Position numbers and translations under genes: made by a program. The notes under the pieces were generated by a model. The model worked only from the letters and a program-made list of their open reading frames with translations. It was not told where the DNA came from and ran no database searches. From positions 3,810 to 67,809 of the forward strand of contig JAZSRY010000069.1 in NCBI GenBank assembly GCA_045538735.1: 64,000 nt of DNA. The letters run 5' to 3'. Every line of letters starts with the position of its first letter. Position 1 is the first letter of the stretch. Source of the stretch: Oscillospiraceae bacterium (GTDB lineage Bacteria > Bacillota > Clostridia > Oscillospirales > Oscillospiraceae). Below, piece after piece: positions 44,119 through 52,872 of the stretch.

Positions 44119-46161
44119 ATGGAAAGGGAAATGCGGAGAAGCGCCTGCGGAATATGCTCCAAACGCTGCGTTGTTGATTTGTGCATAGAGGACGGGGAGA
44201 TAGTGTCCGTCCGCCCAGTAAAAGAGGAAGGCTTTGAAAACTGCAGCAATATGTGCGTGAAGGGTGCGCTGGGCGGCGCTTACCGCAATCGCCCCGACCG
44301 TCTGACCACCCCTCTGCGCCGGGTGGGCGAAAAGGGTGAAGGCCGCTTCGAGGCAATAAGCTGGGAGGAAGCTCTCGGCGAAATTGCCCAAAAGCTCCTC
44401 GCCATCCGCGCCGAAAGCGGAGCGGACAGCGTGGCATTTTTTTCAGGTTACACAAAGTGGTACCGCCCCATGCTTCGCCGCCTTGCGACCCTATTCGGCA
44501 GCGCCAACTATGCCACGGAGTCCAGCGCCTGCCACCGCGCCGCCATAATAGGCAACATCTGCGACACGGGTATGCAGTCTTCCCCCGACTATTCCAATGC
44601 AGGTGTTTTGCTTGCAACGGCAAGGGGCAGACTCCTCCCTCCTGCTAAGGCTGCCGCCAAAAGGGGTATGAAAATAGTGGCAGTGGATCCCTATCTCAGT
44701 CCCGATATTGAAAAATATGCCGATATCCACCTGCGCCTGCGCCCCGGCACGGACATTGCCCTCGCCTACGGACTCGCCCGGGAGCTTATCCTCATGGGCA
44801 AAGCGGATGAGGAATATATTGAAAAATATGTCCACGGATATGAGCAGTATAAGGCTCGCGCCATGGATTTCACTCCCGAAAAAGTTGAGGAGATTTGCGG
44901 CGTTGAGACGGAAAGCCTGAAAAAAGCCGCAAAACTAATTGCCGATAATCTGCCTATGAGCCTTTATGAGGGATTCACGGGGCTTATCCACCACCGCAGC
45001 GGCGTCTCCGCCATAAGAGCATGGAGCGCGCTCTGCGCCATTTGCGGCTGCTACGGACGCAAGGGCGGCAACCTGCCCAGAGGCATCCTTCGCAGCGACG
45101 GACATATCGAAACTCCCTTCCGCAACTTCGAGATGGCGCACCCTGTGGAGCTGCCCGCGGATAAGCGCATAGGCGCGGAGAAATTTCCTCTTTGGAATGC
45201 CCTGCTTGACGAATGCCAGGCAATGGAGTTCCCCGCAGCAGTGGAAAGAGGGGAGCTGAAAGCGATTTTCGCGCTTGGTATGAATGCCCGTATGTTCCCC
45301 AATAGCGAGGGAATGTTTGAGACCCTCCGCAAGACGGAATTTTTTGTGGATTGCGATATATGGCTCAGCGACAGCGCAAAGTACGCGGACATAGTGCTGC
45401 CCGTCAGCGTCTCCTATGAGCGCGAGCAGCTGACGGAGGTTTGCCTGGACTCCAAGCTCCTTTGGGTGGATGCAGCTATCGAAAGCATAGGGGAGAGCAA
45501 AAGCGACGAGGAAATCATAATTGAGCTTGCAAAGGCTCTGGGAATAGAAGATGAGATTTTCGGAGGCGGCGCGGACGCGTGCCGAAGCTTCCTTCTTGAA
45601 GGTACGGGCATAAGCCTTGAGCAGCTGCGCAGGGAGAAAAAACCCGTAGCAATTCCCCGCTTCGCCCCGCCCAAGCCCTTGGAGAATGGCTTTCCCACAC
45701 CCAGCGGCAAATATGAGCTTTGGTCTGAGACCATAGCCGCCCACAGCGATCTTGACCCTCTGCCTGCCTACACAGAGCCCCTGGAAGGCTGCGACAGAGA
45801 GGCTTTCCCCCTCATCCTGCAGGCGGGAGTTCGCACTGACCGATATGCCCACGCCTTCCACAGCCGCACCCACGGCGTAGAGGCTATCCGTGCCCTCAGG
45901 CAGCGCGCTGCAGTGGATATGCATCCCGAGGATGCGGCCGCTCTCGGTCTTGAAAAGGGTGACGAGGTGAAACTGGAGACGGCCTTCGGCTCAATCACCG
46001 TGGCGGTGGATATGGACGGGCGTCTGCTTAAAGGCTGCGTAAATATGTATCAGGGCTACAGCGAGGCGGATGTGAACAGCCTCTTCCCGGGAGATTATCT
46101 GGATAGTTATTCCGGCTTCCCCGGCTACAAGGCCATCGCCTGCCGTATACTTAAAATATAG
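44119..46161 (+). CDS. Molybdopterin (bis-MGD) oxidoreductase, DMSO-reductase superfamily, cytoplasmic; substrate unknown
   Basis: 680-aa ORF with the N-terminal 4Fe-4S motif CGICSKRC...C...C, the molybdopterin and C-terminal dinucleotide-binding (VDMHPEDAAALGLEKGD) signatures, and no signal peptide. Confidence 0.87.
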   Translation: MEREMRRSACGICSKRCVVDLCIEDGEIVSVRPVKEEGFENCSNMCVKGALGGAYRNRPDRLTTPLRRVGEKGEGRFEAISWEEALGEIAQKLLAIRAESGADSVAFFSGYTKWYRPMLRRLATLFGSANYATESSACHRAAIIGNICDTGMQSSPDYSNAGVLLATARGRLLPPAKAAAKRGMKIVAVDPYLSPDIEKYADIHLRLRPGTDIALAYGLARELILMGKADEEYIEKYVHGYEQYKARAMDFTPEKVEEICGVETESLKKAAKLIADNLPMSLYEGFTGLIHHRSGVSAIRAWSALCAICGCYGRKGGNLPRGILRSDGHIETPFRNFEMAHPVELPADKRIGAEKFPLWNALLDECQAMEFPAAVERGELKAIFALGMNARMFPNSEGMFETLRKTEFFVDCDIWLSDSAKYADIVLPVSVSYEREQLTEVCLDSKLLWVDAAIESIGESKSDEEIIIELAKALGIEDEIFGGGADACRSFLLEGTGISLEQLRREKKPVAIPRFAPPKPLENGFPTPSGKYELWSETIAAHSDLDPLPAYTEPLEGCDREAFPLILQAGVRTDRYAHAFHSRTHGVEAIRALRQRAAVDMHPEDAAALGLEKGDEVKLETAFGSITVAVDMDGRLLKGCVNMYQGYSEADVNSLFPGDYLDSYSGFPGYKAIACRILKI

Positions 46162-46225
46162 TTTGCGCACAATGGGCATTATATGATAAGATAACTAGAC
46201 AATTCCCGGAACGAGGTAAGGATTT

Positions 46226-46999
46226 ATGACAGTAAAGGTTTTGGCAGTGGGCGATGTCTGCGGCAGAGTGGGCTTGGATTTTCTGAGAAGGAATCTCCGC
46301 AAAATCCAGCGTCAGTATGCAATAGATTTCACCGTGGTCAACGGAGAAAACGCCAATGTTGTGGGCGTAACCCCCCAACAGTGCGAGGAGATATTCGATT
46401 GCGGAGCCGATGTTATTACCCTTGGCAACCATACATGGATGCGCACGGAGATACAGGACTATCTCGACCATGCCAGCGCCTGCCTCCGTCCCGCCAACTT
46501 TGCTCCCCAGTGCCCCGGTCAGGGCGTGGGGGTCTATTCCACCCGCTTCGGCAATATCTGCGTTGCAAATCTTATAGGCAGATACGGTCTCGATACCAAT
46601 ACGGATAACCCCTTCGTTGTTGCGGATAACATCATGGCCGATGTGGATGCAAAGATAATCCTTGTGGATTTCCACGCGGAAGCCACCAGCGAAAAGCTTG
46701 CCATGGGCTATTTCCTTGACGGACGCGCCAGCGCGGTCTGGGGCACTCACACCCATGTTCAAACCAGCGATTGCGGCGTTTTGCCCGATGGCACGGGCTA
46801 TATAACCGACCTTGGTATGACGGGACCCCAGAATTCCGTTATAGGCATTGCCCCTCAGCAGAGCATTGGAAAGTTCCTTGGCGATCCTCCCCGTCGCTAT
46901 AGCCCTGCGGGCGGACCCGGGAAAATGGAATGCGCCATTTTTGAAATTGACAGCGAAAGCGGAAAATGCCTTAAGGCGGAGGCTTTGAGAATTTTATGA
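46226..46999 (+). CDS. ymdB: YmdB-family metallophosphoesterase (2',3'-cyclic-nucleotide phosphodiesterase type)
   Basis: 257-aa ORF with VLAVGDVCGRVG...VVNGENA...TLGNHTW and the DFHAEATSEK motif. Confidence 0.9.
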   Translation: MTVKVLAVGDVCGRVGLDFLRRNLRKIQRQYAIDFTVVNGENANVVGVTPQQCEEIFDCGADVITLGNHTWMRTEIQDYLDHASACLRPANFAPQCPGQGVGVYSTRFGNICVANLIGRYGLDTNTDNPFVVADNIMADVDAKIILVDFHAEATSEKLAMGYFLDGRASAVWGTHTHVQTSDCGVLPDGTGYITDLGMTGPQNSVIGIAPQQSIGKFLGDPPRRYSPAGGPGKMECAIFEIDSESGKCLKAEALRIL

Positions 47000-48081
47000 G
47001 AGAAAGCTTGAAAATTATCCATGCCGCAGATTTGCATCTGGATTCTCCCTTCGAGGCTCTGGGTGAAAAAGCCGCACAGCGCAGACGGGAGCAGCGGGAA
47101 CTGCTTTTTGCCATTGCTGAGCTCTCGCGGGAGAAAAAGGCGGATATGGTGCTTCTTGCGGGCGACCTTCTGGATAGCTCCAGCGCCTATGCCGAGACCT
47201 TTGAGGCTCTCTCTGCAGCCTTCGGCAGCCTTGACTGCCCCGTTTTCATCGCCCCCGGCAACCATGACTGTCTGCGCCCCGGCTCACCTTATCTGAGAGC
47301 CGATATACCCGAAAACATCCGCGTTTTTCGCGGCGGATGGGAATGCGTCCAGCTTGAGGAAATGGGCGCAAGAGTATATGGCGCGGGCTACACGGATATT
47401 ATCTGCCCTCCGCTTCTGCGCTCTTTCCGCGCGGAGCGTGAGGAAGGTATTGTTAATATAGGACTTCTCCACGGAGACCTGGGTGCCGCCGAAAGCCGCT
47501 ACTGTCCCATTTCCGCCGAGGAGGTAGCCGCCAGCGGACTTGATTATCTGGCTCTGGGCCACCAGCATACATACAGCGGACTTATCCGCTGCGGAGAAAG
47601 CGTTTGCGCCTACCCCGGATGCCCCGAGGGAAGAGGCTTTGATGAATGCGGCGAAAAGGGCGTACTGTTTCTTGAAGTTGCGGAGGGGAGCGTCAAGGGC
47701 GAATTTATCCCCATTGCCCGCCGCCACTATGAGATAATTGAGCTTGATATATCCGAGGGCATCCCCCAATGTCCCGCAGGCAGAGAAAATGACATTGTGC
47801 GCATTATCCTTCGCGGCGAAAGCGACAGCGCTCCCGATTTGGGGGCAATAGAGCGGGACTGGGAAAATCGCTTCTTCTCCCTTCAGCTTCGGGACCGAAG
47901 CACCTTGCGCCGCGAGCTTTGGGAGGGCAGCTATCAGGACAGCCTGAGAGGACTTTTCCTGCGAAAAATGCGTGAAAAATACGAAAATGCCCCCGATGAG
48001 AGGGAAAAACAGAAAGTAATCCAGGCTCTTCGTTGGGGTCTGGCAGCCCTTGAGGGCGGAGAGGCGGTCAAAGAAATATGA
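46996..48081 (+). CDS. SbcD/Mre11-like DNA repair exonuclease (YhaO-like)
   Basis: 361-aa ORF with calcineurin-like motifs HAADLHLD, LLAGDLLD, GNHD and GHQH. It overlaps both neighbouring genes. Confidence 0.85.
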   Translation: MRESLKIIHAADLHLDSPFEALGEKAAQRRREQRELLFAIAELSREKKADMVLLAGDLLDSSSAYAETFEALSAAFGSLDCPVFIAPGNHDCLRPGSPYLRADIPENIRVFRGGWECVQLEEMGARVYGAGYTDIICPPLLRSFRAEREEGIVNIGLLHGDLGAAESRYCPISAEEVAASGLDYLALGHQHTYSGLIRCGESVCAYPGCPEGRGFDECGEKGVLFLEVAEGSVKGEFIPIARRHYEIIELDISEGIPQCPAGRENDIVRIILRGESDSAPDLGAIERDWENRFFSLQLRDRSTLRRELWEGSYQDSLRGLFLRKMREKYENAPDEREKQKVIQALRWGLAALEGGEAVKEI

Positions 48082-49976
48082 TTATTAAAAAGATGAAGGC
48101 AAGCTTCGGCTGCCTTGAAAAAGCGGAGATGGAGCTTCACGAAGGCCTGAATGTAATCACCGCCTCCAATGAAAGCGGAAAAAGTACATGGTGCGCCTTT
48201 ATCCGCGCCATGCTCTATGGCGTGGACTCCTCCCAGCGCGAAAAAGGCGGAGTGAAGCCCGACAAGGTGAAGTATGCTCCCTGGTCAGGCGCTGCCATGG
48301 AGGGCGAGATGGAAATTGAGCATGAGGGCAAGGATATTACCCTCAGCCGACGCACCAAGCTTGTCTCCGCACCTATGAGAGAGTTTTCCGCCGTTTACAG
48401 CGGCACTGCCCAGAGCGTGGCAGGTCTTAAAGGCAGCGATGCAGGCGAGACTCTCACCGGTATGCCCAGAACCGTTTTTGAAAGCAGCGTGTTTGTCCGT
48501 CAGTCGGGTATGGCTGTCAGCAACAGCGCTGAGCTTGAAAAGCGTATAAATGCCATCATCTCCAGCGGAGATGATGAGGGAGAGAGCTTCACCGATGCAG
48601 ACAGCGTTCTTCGCGCATGGCTGAGAAAGCGCCGCCACAACCGCAGCGGAGCTATCCCCACTGTTGAAAATGAAATTCGCGATGTAAATGCATCCATAAC
48701 TGCCGCAGCAGGGGCGGTGCAGCAGCGCGCTGAGCTTGAAAAGCGCCTTGAGGACAGCAAGACTGCCGAAGCAAAGGCGGAAGAGGCCGCCCACCTTCAG
48801 CTCAACGAAAAACGCGAGGGGCTTGTAGCCACTCTGGAGCGTCTCCGGGGTGATATAAGCGCTCTTGAAAAGGAAGCTGCGGAAGCTGAAGTTGAGGCAA
48901 AGCGCCTGAACGCTGCTACCGAGGAAGGACCCTTCAAGGGCAGAAGCCCTGAAGAAGCTGTCCGTATCGCCACTTCCGACAGCGAAAGACTGGAGAATTT
49001 CAAAGCAATGGTTCCCGGCATAACATCCTCCTTCATACTCCTTGCAGTGGGCATTGCCGCTTGTCTCATCGGCTATTTCCTTCAGTTATACTTTGTGCTG
49101 GTAATAAGCTTCCCCATATTTTTGGGCTTTTTCGTCAGCCTTGCAATTATAAAGGCCAACAAAAACCGCGTTAAAAACTATAGCGCAAACCTGATAAAGT
49201 ATTATGAGGTGGAAGCTGCCGAGCCGGAACTGATAATTTCAAAGGCGGAGGTTTATGCTGCGAACTGCAGAGCAGCTCAGGAAGCAAAGACCCTCTGTGA
49301 GGATATTGCCGCAAAGCTTGAAGCAAAGCGCAGCGCTCTTCGAATTGCCGAAAATGAGCTTCTTTCCGCAGGAATGGATGTTTCCGAAAGCCCTGCAATT
49401 GCCCGCGCCAAGGCCGAAACCGCCTTCGTGCAGCAGCAGCTTGCCCGCAAGGAGGGCGAGATAGCCGCTCTGGGTGACCCCATGGTGATGGGAACACAGC
49501 TTGAGGCACTGGAAAGCCGCCGCGATGAGCTTCTGGAGCAGTATGAGGCTCTGGAAATTGCCATAGCCACCCTCCGCGAGGCAAACGAGGAGATGCAGCA
49601 GCGCTTCGCACCTGAGCTTGGACGCCGCGCAGGAGAGATAATGGCCCGCCTCACCGGAGGCAAGTATGCCGCCCTCAGCTTCTCCCGCGAACTGGATGCT
49701 TCCGCAAAGCGGGAAGGGGACACCGTTGCCCACGAGAAAGCCTTCCTCTCCGAAGGCACTGCAGACCAGCTTTATCTGGCTCTGCGCCTTGCAATCTGCG
49801 AGCTGGCTCTCCCCGAAGGCTGCTCCTGCCCCATAATTCTGGACGATGCCCTTGTGAACTTCGATGACGAGCGCATGGGCTATGCCCTGGAGCTTCTTGA
49901 GGAAATGGCGGAAAAACGCCAGATAATCCTCTTCTCCTGCCATGACAGAGAGGAAAAATTCCTCAAAAACCGCTAA
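48078..49976 (+). CDS. SbcC/Rad50-like AAA ATPase (YhaN-like) with a two-helix membrane hairpin in mid-coiled-coil
   Basis: 632-aa ORF with Walker A NESGKST, signature-like LSEGTADQ, and Walker B PIILDDALVNFD. The hydrophobic stretch ITSSFILLAVGIAACLIGYFLQLYFVLVISFPIFLGFFVSLAII sits between coiled-coil segments. Confidence 0.8.
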   Translation: MIIKKMKASFGCLEKAEMELHEGLNVITASNESGKSTWCAFIRAMLYGVDSSQREKGGVKPDKVKYAPWSGAAMEGEMEIEHEGKDITLSRRTKLVSAPMREFSAVYSGTAQSVAGLKGSDAGETLTGMPRTVFESSVFVRQSGMAVSNSAELEKRINAIISSGDDEGESFTDADSVLRAWLRKRRHNRSGAIPTVENEIRDVNASITAAAGAVQQRAELEKRLEDSKTAEAKAEEAAHLQLNEKREGLVATLERLRGDISALEKEAAEAEVEAKRLNAATEEGPFKGRSPEEAVRIATSDSERLENFKAMVPGITSSFILLAVGIAACLIGYFLQLYFVLVISFPIFLGFFVSLAIIKANKNRVKNYSANLIKYYEVEAAEPELIISKAEVYAANCRAAQEAKTLCEDIAAKLEAKRSALRIAENELLSAGMDVSESPAIARAKAETAFVQQQLARKEGEIAALGDPMVMGTQLEALESRRDELLEQYEALEIAIATLREANEEMQQRFAPELGRRAGEIMARLTGGKYAALSFSRELDASAKREGDTVAHEKAFLSEGTADQLYLALRLAICELALPEGCSCPIILDDALVNFDDERMGYALELLEEMAEKRQIILFSCHDREEKFLKNR

Positions 49977-50004
49977 ATTTTTCAAAATTCGTCCGCGGGA
50001 TATC

Positions 50005-50033
50005 TTGACAAATTTATCCCGCGGGCTTATCAT
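50005..50033 (+). promoter_or_regulatory. Candidate feo promoter (TTGACA-17-TATCAT)
   Basis: Read directly from the sequence. It is embedded in the hairpin that ends the previous operon. Confidence 0.55.
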
Positions 50034-50041
50034 ATATATAG

Positions 50042-50059
50042 AGTTAGTCGAGGCTAACT
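50042..50059. promoter_or_regulatory. Palindromic operator candidate 1: AGTTAG-TCGAGG-CTAACT
   Basis: An 18-bp inverted repeat about 9 nt after the -10 box. Confidence 0.55.
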
Positions 50060-50076
50060 ATTTATTTACCCAACAA

Positions 50077-50092
50077 GTTAGCTTATGCTAAC
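50077..50092. promoter_or_regulatory. Palindromic operator candidate 2: (A)GTTAG-CTTATG-CTAAC(A)
   Basis: Same half-sites and same 6-nt spacer as site 1. Confidence 0.55.
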
Positions 50093-50126
50093 ATTCATTT
50101 GACCGCAGAAAGATCAGGTGATTTTT

Positions 50127-50339
50127 ATGACTTTGCGCAGCGCGCAGGAAGGAAAAGAGTATATCATCCGCGGGATGAACACCGGCGACGAAGAGCTGGA
50201 CGGTTTTCTCTTCTCTCTGGGCTGCTACAGCGGAGAGCCTATAACCCTTGTCTCCCGCAAGAGAAGCAGCTGCACCGTTTTCATCAAGGATGCCAGATAC
50301 TGCATTGATTCCCAGCTGGCCGACACCATCATGGTCTGA
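50127..50339 (+). CDS. feoA: FeoA family protein
   Basis: ORF 50118-50339; I prefer the ATG at 50127 after AGGTGA. Sequence MTLRSAQEGKEYIIRGM...GEPITLVSRK. Confidence 0.88.
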   Translation: MTLRSAQEGKEYIIRGMNTGDEELDGFLFSLGCYSGEPITLVSRKRSSCTVFIKDARYCIDSQLADTIMV

Positions 50340-50376
50340 TGACCGAAAACTTCGGCCGGCTGATTTTTTGACTATC

Positions 50377-50394
50377 GGTTAGCCTGGGCTAACC
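50377..50394. promoter_or_regulatory. Palindromic operator candidate 3: GGTTAG-CCTGGG-CTAACC, between feoA and feoB
   Basis: Same rGTTAG-N6-CTAACy architecture as sites 1 and 2. Confidence 0.5.
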
Positions 50395-50419
50395 AAACCC
50401 CGATCAGGAGGAAAACCAA

Positions 50420-52411
50420 ATGCGAATCGCCCTTGCAGGCAATCCCAACAGCGGAAAAACAACAATGTATAATGCTCTCACCGGACGCAACGAGAAGGTA
50501 GGCAACTGGGCAGGTGTAACTGTCGAGGCAAAGATGAGCCCCGTCAGAAAAAGCCTCTGTCCCGATAAAATGTCCATAGTTGCCGTTGATCTTCCCGGCG
50601 CTTACTCCATGTCGCCCTTCACTGGGGAGGAGAGCATCACAAGAGACTATATAATTGGCGAAGAGCCTGATGTGATAATCAATATTGTGGACAGCACCAA
50701 TCTCAGCCGAAGCCTTTTCTTCACAACTCAGCTTCTTGAGCTTGGCATACCCATGGTGCTTGCTCTCAACAAAGCCGACCTCCATCAGGTGAAATCCACC
50801 AAGATAGACGGAGAAATGCTTTCCGCGCTGTTGGATTGCCCCGTGGTGGAAACTGTCTCCACCGGCGGTGAGGGTCTTGAAAAGCTCGTTAAAACTGCCG
50901 TTGCCCTTGCGGGAGGGGAGCAGCGCACTCCCTATAAGCAGGGCGAAATCGACCTGCAGGACAAGGAGGCTGTGAAAGCTGCCGACCGCCGCCGCTTTGA
51001 ATTCGTGAAGGAAATTGTAGCCGCTGTTGAAAAGCGCGGCGAGAAGCGCCATGTGCGCAATGTTCACGACAAGGTGGACGCGGTGCTTACCCATAAGGTG
51101 GCGGGTCTTGTGATATTCGCCGCCGTTATGTGGCTGGTGTTCCAGCTTGCTCAGGTTTGGCTGGGCCCTCTTGCGGCGGATTTACTGGTTGGCTGGATAG
51201 AGAGCTTCATGGAGCTGGCAAACGGCTGGATGAGCGGCGCCGCCCCTGTGCTGCGCGCATTGCTGGTGGACGGCATTATAGGCGGCGTTGGCGCTGTTGT
51301 GGGCTTTCTGCCTCTTGTTATGGTTATGTATTTCCTCATCGCCCTTCTGGAGGATTGCGGCTATATGGCCCGCGTCAGCGTTATGCTTGACCCCATCTTC
51401 AAGAAGGTGGGACTGAGCGGAAGAAGCGTCATTCCCTTCGTCATGGGTGTGGGCTGCTCCATTCCCGGAGTTATGGCCTCCCGCACCGTCCGCAATGAGC
51501 GTGAACGCCGCGCAACGGCAATGCTGACTCCCTTTATGCCCTGCGGAGCAAAAATCCCCGTAATATCCCTTTTCGCAGGTGCATTTTTCGGAAACAGCGC
51601 GTGGGTCAGCTTCTTTATGTATTTCTGCGGAATAATCCTAATTTTCCTCTGCGCCCTGCTTATCAATGCAATCACCGGCAACAGAGCGAAAAAGAGTTAT
51701 TTCATAATCGAAATGCCCGACTATAAAGCCCCCTCCTTTAAGAGAGCCTTCCTCTCCATGTGCTCTCAGGGCAAGGCCTACATAGTGAAGGCTGCAACTG
51801 TCATTCTGGTCTGCAACACCGCAGTTCAGCTTATGCAGAGCTTCACATGGTCCTTCGCTGTGGCGGAAAGCGCCGAAGCATCCATCCTGGCCTCCATCGC
51901 ATCCCCCTTCGCCTGGCTGCTTGTGCCCGTGGTGGGTGTTCTCAGCTGGCAGATGGCGGCTGCGGCAATAACAGGCTTCATTGCCAAGGAAAACGTTGTG
52001 GGCACTCTGGCGGTCTGCTTCGTAGGTCTTGAAAATCTCATCAATGTGGATGAGCTTGCCATGCTCGAAGGCGCAGGCGGCGAGGTGGCGGGCGTGATAG
52101 CTATCACCAAGTCTGCGGCGCTGGCATATCTTATGTTTAACCTCTATACGCCTCCCTGCTTTGCCGCAATAGGCGCAATGAATTCCGAGATGAAAAGCGC
52201 AAAGTGGCTTGCCGGCGGCATAGGTCTCCAGCTTGGCACCGGCTTCAGCGTTGCCTTTTTGGTGCATCAGCTGGGCAGCCTTTTTGCCACGGGCAGCTTT
52301 GCTGCGGGCTTTGCGGGCGGTCTTGTCGCGGTGCTTATCTTTGCCGCAATTCTGGTTTTCCTCATTATTCGCACAAACAGTCTTATCAGAAAGGGAAAAA
52401 TCAAAGTATGA
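50420..52411 (+). CDS. feoB: Ferrous iron transporter FeoB
   Basis: 663-aa ORF with the G-domain motifs GNPNSGKTT, DLPG and NKAD, followed by a polytopic membrane domain. Confidence 0.95.
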   Translation: MRIALAGNPNSGKTTMYNALTGRNEKVGNWAGVTVEAKMSPVRKSLCPDKMSIVAVDLPGAYSMSPFTGEESITRDYIIGEEPDVIINIVDSTNLSRSLFFTTQLLELGIPMVLALNKADLHQVKSTKIDGEMLSALLDCPVVETVSTGGEGLEKLVKTAVALAGGEQRTPYKQGEIDLQDKEAVKAADRRRFEFVKEIVAAVEKRGEKRHVRNVHDKVDAVLTHKVAGLVIFAAVMWLVFQLAQVWLGPLAADLLVGWIESFMELANGWMSGAAPVLRALLVDGIIGGVGAVVGFLPLVMVMYFLIALLEDCGYMARVSVMLDPIFKKVGLSGRSVIPFVMGVGCSIPGVMASRTVRNERERRATAMLTPFMPCGAKIPVISLFAGAFFGNSAWVSFFMYFCGIILIFLCALLINAITGNRAKKSYFIIEMPDYKAPSFKRAFLSMCSQGKAYIVKAATVILVCNTAVQLMQSFTWSFAVAESAEASILASIASPFAWLLVPVVGVLSWQMAAAAITGFIAKENVVGTLAVCFVGLENLINVDELAMLEGAGGEVAGVIAITKSAALAYLMFNLYTPPCFAAIGAMNSEMKSAKWLAGGIGLQLGTGFSVAFLVHQLGSLFATGSFAAGFAGGLVAVLIFAAILVFLIIRTNSLIRKGKIKV

Positions 52412-52557
52412 CCAATATAATAATCATCATCGTTGTTGCGGCCATTGTGGCCATCGCGCTGGGATATATAATCCGGGAGAAAAAGCGCGGGGCTAAGTGC
52501 GTTGGTTGTCCCCATTCCAAGTTTTGCGGAGACTGCAGTGACTGCAGCGAGAAATAA
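52408..52557 (+). CDS. FeoB-associated Cys-rich membrane micro-protein
   Basis: A 49-aa reading frame whose ATG overlaps the feoB stop (ATGA). It has one TM helix and then KCVGCPHSKFCGDCSDC. Confidence 0.75.
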   Translation: MTNIIIIIVVAAIVAIALGYIIREKKRGAKCVGCPHSKFCGDCSDCSEK

Positions 52558-52597
52558 AAAAAGACGGCGGAACTTCTTGTTCTGCCGTCTTTTTTTA
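52556..52597 (+). terminator. Intrinsic terminator of the feo operon
   Basis: AGACGGCGG-loop-CTGCCGTCT followed by TTTTTT. Confidence 0.85.
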
Positions 52598-52600
52598 TGT

Positions 52601-52872
52601 AGCCTGACCGATATAATCCGAACCCGCTCCGCGAGGCGGATTTTAGCGCCAGACTTCATTTTATTCTTTGGTGGGCGACAGCCCACCTGCATCATTCAAT
52701 TTTGCCTACCGACAAAAATCCGCTCTCGGGGAGTCGAAGATTTTTGAGGTCATATGCTAAGACAGTGCAAGGCGGCGGCTTGCAGATGGGCGTTTGCCCT
52801 TCAAAAGCCGACAACGCAGCAATGGCAACGAATATGCCCTCAAAAACGTGTTTGGACTATGTCGGTCAGGCT
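52601..52872. mobile_element. 272-bp MITE-like element, copy B (inverted relative to copy A)
   Basis: Termini AGCCTGACCGATATAATCCGAAC ... GTTTGGACTATGTCGGTCAGGCT. It aligns end to end with the reverse complement of 36369-36640. Confidence 0.85.
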
